A stretch of DNA of 64,000 nucleotides from an uncultured Planctomycetaceae bacterium (lineage in GTDB: Bacteria; Planctomycetota; Planctomycetia; Isosphaerales; Isosphaeraceae): the NCBI GenBank assembly GCA_963833985.1, contig CAWIAD010000002.1, positions 2,336,001 through 2,400,000 on the forward strand, written 5' to 3'. The notes under the pieces were generated by a model. The model was not told the origin of the DNA, ran no database searches, and was given only the letters and a program-made list of their open reading frames with translations. Made by a program: the position numbers and the translations under genes. Below are positions 38,177 to 47,560 of the stretch, piece by piece (the stretch's first letter is position 1; each line of letters opens with the position of its first letter).

Positions 38177-39520
38177 ATGTTCGCGATCCTTGACCAGGAG
38201 CCCTCGATGCCGAACCTTCCCGGAGCCGACCCGTACCCGGAACCGCCGCCCGATGACCCGGCCGTGCCGCCCGTCGACGCGGAGCCGGAAAGCCGGCCGG
38301 GCGGTCTGCCGCTCTACGTCTGGGTGATCGTGGCGGTCGTCGTGGCGATTCCTCTGGGACTCCTCTGGGGAGAGGGCGCAACCTCGCTGGAGATCCTGCC
38401 CCGGCTGATTCTCCGTGCACTGACGGCACTGGCGGCTCCGCTCGTGGTGCTGGCGATCCTGAGCGCGATCGTCACCAACGACATCCACGGTCGTCAGGGC
38501 GCACTGATGATGGGCTTTTACCTGGTCAACACACTCGTGGCGATGCTCATCGGCCTGGTGTTTTCCAACCTCGTCCATCCGGGGCGTGGTGCCTCGCTCG
38601 GCGAGCCGGGCGGAGCCCTTCAACCGCTTGCCAGGAAGAGCGTCACCGACCTGTTCATCGAGCTCATCCCGCGCAGCATCGGCGAGGCCTTCTCCCAGAA
38701 CAACCTGGCGCAACTGGTGCTGCTGACGCTGGCACTGGGAATCGGCCTGGTTCAGATCCGCGACGCGCAGCGAGCCCGGGGCGAGAGCACCTTCGAGCCG
38801 GTCATCCATTTGCTGACCATCGGCTTCGAGCTGCTCATGAAGGTCTTGCTCTGGGTGGTGGCCCTCGTGCCGCTGGCGGTCCTGGGCATCGTGGCGTCCA
38901 GCGTGGGGCAGAAGGAGGGAATGCACGTTTTCGTCTCACTCATCTGGTTAATCGTGGTGGTTGTGGCCGGCCTGTGCTGCCAGGTGGTCTGGTATCTGCT
39001 CCAGATGGCGATCGTGGCGCGCATGTCGCCCGTGCGGTTTCTGCGCGGATCGCTCGATGTCATGGCCGGCACGTTCAGCACCGCGAGCACGGCGGCGACC
39101 ATACCGATCACGCTGCGATCCCTGCAAAAGCTGGGTGTCTCGCGGCAATCCAGCCAGTTGACCGCATGCATCGGCACGAATTTCAACAATGACGGCACTG
39201 CGCTCTACCAGGCGACCGCGGTGCTCTTCATGGCACAAGCCCTTGGTTTCGAGCTGACCATCGTCGACCAGGTGATCATCGTGCTCACGACGCTTGTGGC
39301 CAGCGTGGGCGCCGGGGGAATCCCTTCGGGCAGCTTCGTGACCCTGCCGCTGATCTTCGCGGCGGTACGGCTGCCGGCCGAGAAGATTCCAATCCTGCTC
39401 ACGATCGACTGGTTCCTCGATCGCTGCCGCACGACCTCCAACGTGCTTGGCGACATGACCGTGGCGGTTCTACTCGACCGCGTCGGCAAGCCCGCGCTGG
39501 ATGTGGAGGAGACGAACTGA
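38177..39520 (+). CDS. Dicarboxylate/amino acid:cation symporter (DAACS, GltP-like)
   Basis: FSTASTAATIP, GTNFNNDGTALY, SVGAGGIP, IDWFLDRCRTTSNVLGD. Confidence 0.93.
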   Translation: MFAILDQEPSMPNLPGADPYPEPPPDDPAVPPVDAEPESRPGGLPLYVWVIVAVVVAIPLGLLWGEGATSLEILPRLILRALTALAAPLVVLAILSAIVTNDIHGRQGALMMGFYLVNTLVAMLIGLVFSNLVHPGRGASLGEPGGALQPLARKSVTDLFIELIPRSIGEAFSQNNLAQLVLLTLALGIGLVQIRDAQRARGESTFEPVIHLLTIGFELLMKVLLWVVALVPLAVLGIVASSVGQKEGMHVFVSLIWLIVVVVAGLCCQVVWYLLQMAIVARMSPVRFLRGSLDVMAGTFSTASTAATIPITLRSLQKLGVSRQSSQLTACIGTNFNNDGTALYQATAVLFMAQALGFELTIVDQVIIVLTTLVASVGAGGIPSGSFVTLPLIFAAVRLPAEKIPILLTIDWFLDRCRTTSNVLGDMTVAVLLDRVGKPALDVEETN

Positions 39521-39651
39521 CCTTCCAGCGCGCCCTTCGCTGTGCTAGGAAAGAGGTCGATCCGGATCCCCACCCTGCGATGCGTTGCCCACGCCGGCCC
39601 TGTTCCGATTGGCTCGTATCACCAGCCCCGGGGCATCGAAGGAGCGAACCC

Positions 39652-40320
39652 ATGCTTCGTCCGCGCTTGCGGTTCAGCACCCGCCACCACCTGGCCGGGA
39701 TCGCAATCGTCGCCGTTGTGCTTGCGTCCGGCATCGGCGTCCATCGGTTTGTGCGGTCGCACTTCACCTACCAGCAGCGCGCCCGGGAACAGGGAGAGGC
39801 GGAGCAGGAGGCACTCGCTCTCGCGGGCATGGCCGCGGAGATTGTGCAGGCGTACGATGCGGCCGAAGCGAAGGTCAAGGACCAGGTCCAGCAAGCTCCT
39901 CTCGATGAGCATGACCAGGCCAGAATGCGGGAGCTGATGAAGGACGATCCGGAGTTTCAACGCGTCGCCTGGAGCCTCGACCGGCAAAAGGCGATCCAGG
40001 CTGAGATGCAGAGGGGCATCCGTGATTTCGAACAGATCGCACGCACGCGTGCAGGCGAGTACACCCGGCGGAGGCAGGTTTACGAGTATGCGGCCTCTCA
40101 TCCCTGGCTTTCCGTGCCCGCGGACCCTGGCAGTACAGACGCTGATGCCCCTGATCTGAATTTGATGTTCATGACTGCCATGGCCAGTATGGAAACGAAG
40201 GCGGATGAGATCGACACACTGCCCATGCCGCCTCGCCTGCGGATTGGCGACAGCGGCGATCAGGCGTCCGGAACCAGTTCGACGAGGACGGAGCCAGGCG
40301 GCCGTCACCAGCCGCGCTAA
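39652..40320 (+). CDS. Hypothetical membrane-anchored helical protein
   Basis: AAGGAG RBS; RLRFSTRHHLAGIAIVAVVLA N-terminal anchor; coiled coil; YEYAASHPWLSVPADP. Confidence 0.7.
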   Translation: MLRPRLRFSTRHHLAGIAIVAVVLASGIGVHRFVRSHFTYQQRAREQGEAEQEALALAGMAAEIVQAYDAAEAKVKDQVQQAPLDEHDQARMRELMKDDPEFQRVAWSLDRQKAIQAEMQRGIRDFEQIARTRAGEYTRRRQVYEYAASHPWLSVPADPGSTDADAPDLNLMFMTAMASMETKADEIDTLPMPPRLRIGDSGDQASGTSSTRTEPGGRHQPR

Positions 40321-40418
40321 GGTTTTCTGTCACGCGCCAGGTTCTCCGCTAGGCGACCCGTTTCATGGTCCCTATGATAGAAATACCTGTGTTTTCGTGA
40401 GGACCCGGAGACCCGCAG

Positions 40419-40628
40419 ATGAAGAACCTGGTCGTCTATTTCCTGGATGGCAAGTGGTACGGTGAGGAAGCATCCTACAAGCGATCGGGAAGCGGCTTTT
40501 ACAGGGAATACAGCCGCATCGAGGTTCCCCAGTCGAAGGCCGAGATCGAGCGGTTCGCCGCCGAGAACCGCTACAAGATCGAGTGGCGTGGGCTGATTCC
40601 CACCGAGGCGGTCACGGCGACCACGTGA
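40419..40628 (+). CDS. Small hypothetical protein (69 aa)
   Basis: GGAG RBS, host-like codon usage, aromatic-rich globular sequence MKNLVVYFLDGKWYGEE. Confidence 0.7.
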   Translation: MKNLVVYFLDGKWYGEEASYKRSGSGFYREYSRIEVPQSKAEIERFAAENRYKIEWRGLIPTEAVTATT

Positions 40629-40668
40629 CCCGGCAAGGGTTTGCACGCCGATCCGCGCCGCTCACGGC

Positions 40669-41049
40669 TCACTTGCCCAGCGGCGCTTGCCTCCAGACGA
40701 TCTGGCAACGATTTCCTTCCGGGTCCTTGAAGAAGCATGTCTTCATAGCGGCGGTGTCCACGACCGTCTCCGGCTCGAAGACCATGCCGCGTTGCTCCAG
40801 CTCGGATCGCTTCGCCGCCAGGTCGTCCACCACGAACGCCACGTGACAGACCCAGCGCTGGTTGACGGCGTTCTCGCCCTGGGGACGGCCGATGATCTCC
40901 AGCGCCATGCCATGATCATCGGCCAGGAAGAATCCGGGCGGGTCGCCCCCGCTCTCCAGCACGACCTTCATTCCCAGTGCGTCCACGTAAAAGTCCTTCA
41001 GCGTGGGCGAGTTGGCGGCGTAGATCGCGAAGTGCTCGAGGCGTGCCAT
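40669..41049 (-). CDS. VOC/glyoxalase family protein
   Basis: LEHFAIY...DFYVDALG, HVAFVVDD, FFKDPEGN. Confidence 0.9.
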   Translation of the reverse strand: MARLEHFAIYAANSPTLKDFYVDALGMKVVLESGGDPPGFFLADDHGMALEIIGRPQGENAVNQRWVCHVAFVVDDLAAKRSELEQRGMVFEPETVVDTAAMKTCFFKDPEGNRCQIVWRQAPLGK

Positions 41050-41076
41050 GGTGGCGTTCTCCTTTGCAACGGAAGT

Positions 41077-41586
41077 TCAGGAGCCGGTACGCTTGCGGTT
41101 CCCGGCACCTTTCCTGCCGGCTTTCCTGCCTGCCAGGGCCATGATGGTCTTCCATTCTCCGTCGCTCACCGGCTGAATGGAGAGACGCGATCCCTTGCGC
41201 AGCAGCTCCATGCCGGCAAGCTCGGGAATTTCCTTGAGGCGGGGCAAGCCCAGCGGCGGATCAATCGATTGTACCGCCCTGATGGAAACCTGATACCAGG
41301 TGGGGCTGGCAGGGTCGCTCCTGGGATCATGGTGATCGGAGTTCGGCTCGAACGCGGTCGGGTCGGGATGCCCCGCGCGGACGACCTCGGCGATGCCTGC
41401 GATGCACGGGGGCTCGGCATTCGAGTGGTAGAAGAGCACTCCGTCGCCCACCTGGATCGTGTCGCGCAGGTAGTTCCGCGCCTGGTAGTTGCGGACGCCG
41501 TCCCAGCCCGTGGTCTGGTCAGGCTCGGCCAGCAGGTGCGGGAATCCATAGACTTCCGGTTCGGACTTGAAAAGCCAGTAGGCCAT
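41077..41586 (-). CDS. EVE domain protein
   Basis: MAYWLFKSEP, WDGVRNYQARNYLR, GDGVLFYHS, RLSIQPV. Confidence 0.95.
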   Translation of the reverse strand: MAYWLFKSEPEVYGFPHLLAEPDQTTGWDGVRNYQARNYLRDTIQVGDGVLFYHSNAEPPCIAGIAEVVRAGHPDPTAFEPNSDHHDPRSDPASPTWYQVSIRAVQSIDPPLGLPRLKEIPELAGMELLRKGSRLSIQPVSDGEWKTIMALAGRKAGRKGAGNRKRTGS

Positions 41587-41619
41587 GGGTGCAGGAACCT
41601 CGTCAGGCGGCTTGCGTGC

Positions 41620-42034
41620 TCAGGAACCGCGCGGGCGCTGGTTCCGTTCGATCGCGCCGAGCAGGTCGATCATCCTGGAGAGTTTTTCGTCGAGCGTGTC
41701 CATTCTCGTTTCCATCCTCTTCCTGAACTCGGCTGTGCGGCCCCGCGCTTCCTCGCTTCGCTCCATCTCATGCTTGACCATTGCGAGCTGTTCGTCCTGT
41801 CGCCTGCGCGGCGCGGAGGACGAAACGGATGATCACGAGAAAGATGATCGCTGGGAGCAGCAGGATGATCCAGACCAGAAGGCTGGACTCGCCCTGCGGA
41901 GGCCCCTCGGCGGCGAAGGCCCCGGGCGCCGCGCACAGGGCAAGCAACATCAGCGCGGCACAATGCCGAGCGCATGGGAGATTCTCCTCTCTGTGCTTCG
42001 CTCCACGAGCCTGGAGACGGCGAGCTCGCGGCAT
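41620..42034 (-). CDS. Small membrane protein with C-terminal coiled coil (frameshift near 41808; start uncertain)
   Basis: Signal-like segment, TM LLVWIILLLPAIIFLVII, then shifted frame RRRQDEQLAMVKHEMERSEE...LDEKLSRMIDLLGAIE to stop 41620. Confidence 0.55.
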
Positions 42035-42142
42035 GACCGACGCTCAGGCTCGCCTGCGCCGTGCCGGCCAGCGGTAGTATCATAAGGGTCGCGTGTCCAG
42101 AACGAAACAGCCGATGGTCGCCGGGGGCGGGGGCGTCAGGAA

Positions 42143-43342
42143 ATGCCGGTGGGAGATCCTGAGAGCAAACCCCGGCTTGCGGTCCTCACGGCTCACGGCC
42201 GCGGTGCGATAGCGGTGGTTCGCGTCTGGGGCAGGGGGGCCGTCGAGATCACCGATGCGGTCTTCCGGCCGGCCCGCGGCAGAACCCTGGCCAGTACCAG
42301 GCCGGGTCGACTGCGGCTGGGAAGGATCGGCGGGGGCGTCGGCGACGAGGTGGTGGCCGTCGTGCTCGACGAACGACCGCCCGCCGTCGAGATTCAATGC
42401 CATGGCGGCGTCGCGGCCATGAACCTCGTGGTCGACGCACTCGTGGAAGCTGGGGCGGTCGCGGCCGTCGCGACTCACGGGGGCGGTCATTCCGGAACAT
42501 CAGCCTTGAAAACCGCTGCCTTTTCCGACCTGGCCCGGGCTCCCACGCTGCGCACGGCCGAGATCTTGCTCGAGCAAGCCAGTGGCGCTCTGGATGGCGA
42601 ACTGCTGCGGCTGACCGAGGAGCTACGCGACCGGAGAGCCTGCTCACTTCAACATCTGGACCGGCTGATCGCGCGCGGCCGGGTGGGCCTGAGGCTCATC
42701 ACAGGCTGGCGCGTCGTGATCGCCGGCCGGCCCAACGTGGGCAAGAGCCGGCTCCTGAATGCCCTGGCGGGATACCAGCGAGTGATCGTGGACCCTACGC
42801 CCGGCACGACCCGCGATGCGGTCACCGCGCTGCTGGCATTCGACGGCTGGCCCGTCGAGCTCGTGGATACCGCAGGCTTGAGGAAGACCAGCGACGTGAT
42901 CGAGCGCCTGGGAATCGAGCAATCCCGCCGCCAGGCGGACGCGGCGGACCTGCTGCTGCTGTGTCTTGACCTCAGCCGAGCCCTCACGCCCGAGGACAAC
43001 CTCGTTCCGGGGCATGAGAGGCCTTGCCTGCTCGTCGCCACCAAGGCCGACCTGCCGGCAGCGTGGGACGTCACGAGGCTCTCGCCCTCCGGCAAAGCCG
43101 CCTGCGTCGTTTCCGCCGAGTCCGGCGCAGGACTCGAGGCGCTGATCGCCGCAATCGTGTCGGTCCTGGTGCCCGATCTTCCGGAACCCGGCGCAGGAGT
43201 TCCATTCCGCCCCGAACACCTCGGAGCGCTGGAGCGGGCGCGACTGGCGCTCAGCGCGGGAGACCACGAGCTGGCGATTCAGGGCCTCTTGACGTTGGTC
43301 GGGGCCAGGAACCGATCCGCGGCCGCACGACAGTCAGAGTAG
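42143..43342 (+). CDS. MnmE/TrmE-like GTPase (short paralog lacking C-terminal CxGK)
   Basis: GRGAIAVVRVWG, VEIQCHGG, GRPNVGKS, PGTTRD, DTAG, TKAD. Confidence 0.85.
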   Translation: MPVGDPESKPRLAVLTAHGRGAIAVVRVWGRGAVEITDAVFRPARGRTLASTRPGRLRLGRIGGGVGDEVVAVVLDERPPAVEIQCHGGVAAMNLVVDALVEAGAVAAVATHGGGHSGTSALKTAAFSDLARAPTLRTAEILLEQASGALDGELLRLTEELRDRRACSLQHLDRLIARGRVGLRLITGWRVVIAGRPNVGKSRLLNALAGYQRVIVDPTPGTTRDAVTALLAFDGWPVELVDTAGLRKTSDVIERLGIEQSRRQADAADLLLLCLDLSRALTPEDNLVPGHERPCLLVATKADLPAAWDVTRLSPSGKAACVVSAESGAGLEALIAAIVSVLVPDLPEPGAGVPFRPEHLGALERARLALSAGDHELAIQGLLTLVGARNRSAAARQSE

Positions 43343-43363
43343 CGATTACGACGGTCGGTACGT

Positions 43364-46300
43364 TCAAGAATCTGCGGGAGGCGGGGACGGGATCCTGGAG
43401 GTGTCGGGGCCGCGGTCGGCGGCCGGGTCGAGAGGGTCAAGCTCCAGTTCGATCTTCGAGAGTGATGCGGAGGACAGGCTGAGGTCAAGCTTCTTCCGGA
43501 ACTTGACGCTCTCGGTCACCGGCAGCTCGTCCTTGGGGTCGAAGGTTGTTCTCCAGTCCGACCGGTTGAAATCACGGGGCGACACGCCGGTCTGAAGGAT
43601 CTGGTCGCGCCGGTACGTGGAGATCTCGTCGTAGGCGACCTTCTCGGCCCTCCAGACGATCCGGTCACGGAGCCTTTCCATCTGGCCCTGGCCATCGACG
43701 CGGAAGAGGGGGGAGAGCCCGGCGGTGCTGAAGACGGATCTCTCGGCCTCCATCTCGGTGAGGGGCAGCTCAGTTTCCTCGAGCGTGCTTTCCAGGTAGA
43801 CCAGTCCGCTTTTCGTACGTGCCAGGACCTGGTCGATCCGGACCTTGATCGCGGTCCGGTCACGCTCCAGCGAGGCGCTGCCCAGAGCGTGCAAGAGACT
43901 GCCGTCGGTTGCGATCTGTGCGTTGCGAAGTTGCAGATCAAGGAGCCGTCCCGACGCAACGCTGACACAGTCGCCGGCGGAGCGGATGAAGCTGTCGCGC
44001 AGCGTGATCAGAGCGTTCTTGACCGCCGTCTCGCGGCCTGCGCCCAGCTCGCCGGCGGTCGCGGGCTGGACAACGACGGCGGCCGCGGTCGACGAGCGGC
44101 CCGCGACCGTGATCGTGCAATCGCTCAGGGAGAGTTCGCTTCCCCCGGCCACGCCGATGGCCGCCTGGCGATCGCTGCGCGGAGCCTCGGGATCCTGTTC
44201 GGGAATGAGCAGGTCCAGCCCTTGAAGCTGCAAGGAACCCGATCGCAGATTGAAAAGGACCGACCAGGCGCTGGTGGATCTTGCGGCGAATGTCGCCGGC
44301 CGGAATCGGATGCGCGGCGCCGCGCTCCGGGCTCCGCCTCGACGCTCCAGCGCGTGGAGCCTGCAAACTCGGTCATCGGCAGCTCGAGGTCGGTGTCGCG
44401 GGCGATCTTCAGGGTGCCGCCCTTCGATCCTAGACGGTGCAGCGCTGCGGAAAACTGTTCGGCGGTGTGGATCAGCTCTGCGCGGGAGGACTCATCCTGG
44501 CGCCGGACCGAGGGGGTGCCGGAGGTCGCGACGGCAATTTTGCTCTCCGCGGGCGGGCCTGGTTGTGACGCCTTCGCGACGGGCGGCGAGGAGGCTGTGC
44601 CCGGCGCGTCGGCGTTGGCGTTTTCCCGCGCGCCGCCCGCCGCGGGGGGCATGCTCATGGGGAGCATGGTCGGCAGGTTGCCCGGGTCGTCATCCTCTTC
44701 CGTCACGGCGGAGGTTGCGGGAACCGGCCGGTCCACGCCGTTCGCGGGTCGCCTGGTGAGCATCGTGAGATCTTGCGGGGTACGGGAACTGGCCGAGGGC
44801 GGGGTGGCAGGGATCGTGCCGGGAGGCGATGCGCTGGTCTCGCCGGCCGGGGTCGGGCTCGTCGCGGACTGAACCTCTAATGGACTTTCGGGCAGGAGCG
44901 TCGGATCCGCCAGCCGCGCTCCATACGGGCCCTGCCGGGCCCCGGTCAGGGGAGACTTCAAGAAGGCTGAGGCGAGCTGGAACGCCTGGGTCGGGTTGTC
45001 CTGCTCGATGAGCAGTTCCTGCCAGGGTTGCGAGGACCTCCAGAGGGCAGCCGCGACCTGTTCCGTGCCCAGCTCGCGGACCTCGGAGGGCGTCTCCTTC
45101 CAGTGGTCGAAATCCTCGATGCCGCGGGCGGCTTCACTCTTCCGGGTGGGCTCGAGGAAGGCGCGAATCCGCGAGTAGAGGTTGTATCGGCCACGCCAGG
45201 TAAGATTACGGGGCGAGTCGATGGCGATCAGTGTCGGCGCCGAGGTTTCGGCCGGCGCGATGACGCAATCTTCCACCATGATCCGGGCGAGCGTCCCCTG
45301 GACGTCGAAGACCGGGCCGCTCCCGGTCATCAGGCTGCAATGTCGCATATGAATGCTGGTAGGCACCAGCCCGGCGGCGCTGCCGTTATTGAGCCAGACC
45401 GTAGGGCTGCCGGGACCCATGGTGCAGTCGCGCAGCAAGATCTCCGCGGGACCCTCGGTCACGAGGCCGACCTGCCCGCCGTCGAAATGGCAAGCGTCGG
45501 CGAAGACCAGGGGCGGCCTGTCGCCTTCGGCCGTTCTCGTCCGGAGCGAACGGACACGGAGGGCGGCACGATTCCTCTCGGTGCGTGCGATGCTCTGGCG
45601 GAACAGGCAGCCGCGAATCGTCAGATCGGTGTCCTCGGCCAGGATGGCGGCGACGCGCTCCTCGGTCCCTTCGCGCTCGAGCTCGAACGCCAGGCCCTCG
45701 ATGGTGACGTGCCCGCCGGAAAACGGCAAAAGGGCTGGCAGCCGGGGCTCGCCCAGGCGAGCGTCGGCCGCGAACCGGAGAACGGGATGGATGCCTGATT
45801 CGGCCCGGATTGTCAGGTCGCGCTCGGTGAGGGGCCATGATCCACGGGCGGTGGCCGTGCGCCCGCCCAGCAGGTAGGGCCCATCCTCACTGAGCGTGAT
45901 GATGGACCTGGGCGGTGCGCTGGCAATCTGCCCGAGCAGGTCGTCGCCGGGCCGCACCACGATGCTGCGGGGCGCGGTTTGCAAAGCGGGATTGAGCGCA
46001 AGCTCCGCATCGGCACCGTAAGCCACGGCGCCCGTCTGTCCGGCCAGGACCGCCGGCCGTTCCTTGGGTGCCAGCTCGTTGCGCGGTGCGCGGATCGGGC
46101 CGATGCCGGGCTCGGAGGGAAGCGAGGCTTGCGGATCGCGCGCCCACCACGCCAGTCCGGCCACCAGCACCAGGAACGCCACCGCCGGCACAAGCCATAT
46201 GAGATGGCGTTCGCCAGCGAATCGATGCCCCGGCGACATCCATGCGTGGGGCTCGGTCGTGGTGATCGCAAGACCAAGCTGTCCGGCCAGGGCCAGCAGG

Positions 46301-47288
46301 TCGCGCACCAGTTGCTCGGGGGACTGGTAACGGCGGTCCCGATCCTTGGCCATCAGCCGGGTGATCAGCCGCGCGAGTTCCACCGGCACCGCCGGGTTCA
46401 GGCCGCGGATCTCGGGCGGGGGCTCCTCCTGGTGCTGGAGCAACTTCTGGAGCACGGTGCCGCCGGGGAACGGGGGACGACCGGAAAGCATGTGGAAGAG
46501 TGTGCAACCCAGCGAGTAGAGATCGCTGCGGACATCGACGTCGCGCGGATCACGCGCCTGTTCTGGGCTGATATAGTCAAATGTGCCGAGCGTCATGCCG
46601 CTCTGGGTCAGCCCATGGTCGGCGTCGCGCTCGAAGCGCCGGGCCAGACCCATGTCCACCAGCTTGGCGCGGCCCTGCGGCGTGAGGATGATGTTCGAGG
46701 GCTTGATGTCGCGATGGACCACGCCGCGCGAGGCCGCGTGCACCAGGGCCTGGGCGATTTGCAAGGTGATGTCCACGGCCTCCCCGACCGGCAGGGGGCC
46801 CTTCTCGTCCACTCGCCGGCGGACGGTCGTTCCTTCAATATATTCAAATGCAATGTAGTGATGAGGCCCGTCCTGGCCAATGCTGTAGACCCGAGCAATG
46901 TTTTCGTGGTCGAGGCGGGCCGCCGACCTCCCCTCCTGGTAGAACCGTTGCACAACCTCCGGGTCGGCCGTCTGGTCCAGCGGCAAGAGCTTCAGCGCCA
47001 CATGGCGGTCGAGCTGGGCGTCCTGCGCCGGAAGACCGCACCCATACCGCCGGCCCCGATGGCCTCTTCCAGCAAGAACGTGCCAATCACTTCTCCCGGC
47101 CGCGGCAGACCCGTGGGTACGGATTCGGCCGCCTGCGCCTGCACCCTGCGGGCCGAGCTGGAAGCGGAACGCACCACCGTGGGAGGCTCGGCCGGGGGCG
47201 GAGTCTCGCCGCCGTCGCCCGCAACCTGGACCTTGGCGCCGCGACCCGGCGAACTCCCGGAGCTACCGATCGAATTGGAGATCTGCAT
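43364..47288 (-). CDS. Transmembrane Ser/Thr kinase with two extracellular beta-helix-like modules (frameshifts near 47028 and 44318)
   Basis: IGAGGMGAVF, VALK, HRDIKPSN, DMG, GTFDYISPEQ; TM LIWLVPAVAFLVLVAGLAWW; pieces 46992-47339, 44125-47001 and 43364-44233 join with single-base corrections. Confidence 0.88.
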
Positions 47289-47560
47289 CAACTCGAGCTC
47301 ATCGGTACGGGGCTGTCCCCAGGAAGACTTCCATGCCACGCCACTTGCTCAACGAGACAATCGCTCGGCGGTACCAGAGACCCAAGACGTGATACTGGAC
47401 AAGCATGCGAGGGCGATCCGATCGAGAATCGATTATAGACGGATCGATGGCGCATGTCAACGGACCGGCCCGTCCTCCGGAACCTAAATCCCAGCCGCTC
47501 AAGCGTCTGTGTCAACACGCCAGGGAACCGATCGGAACGGATCCGCTCCGGGAGCCGCCA

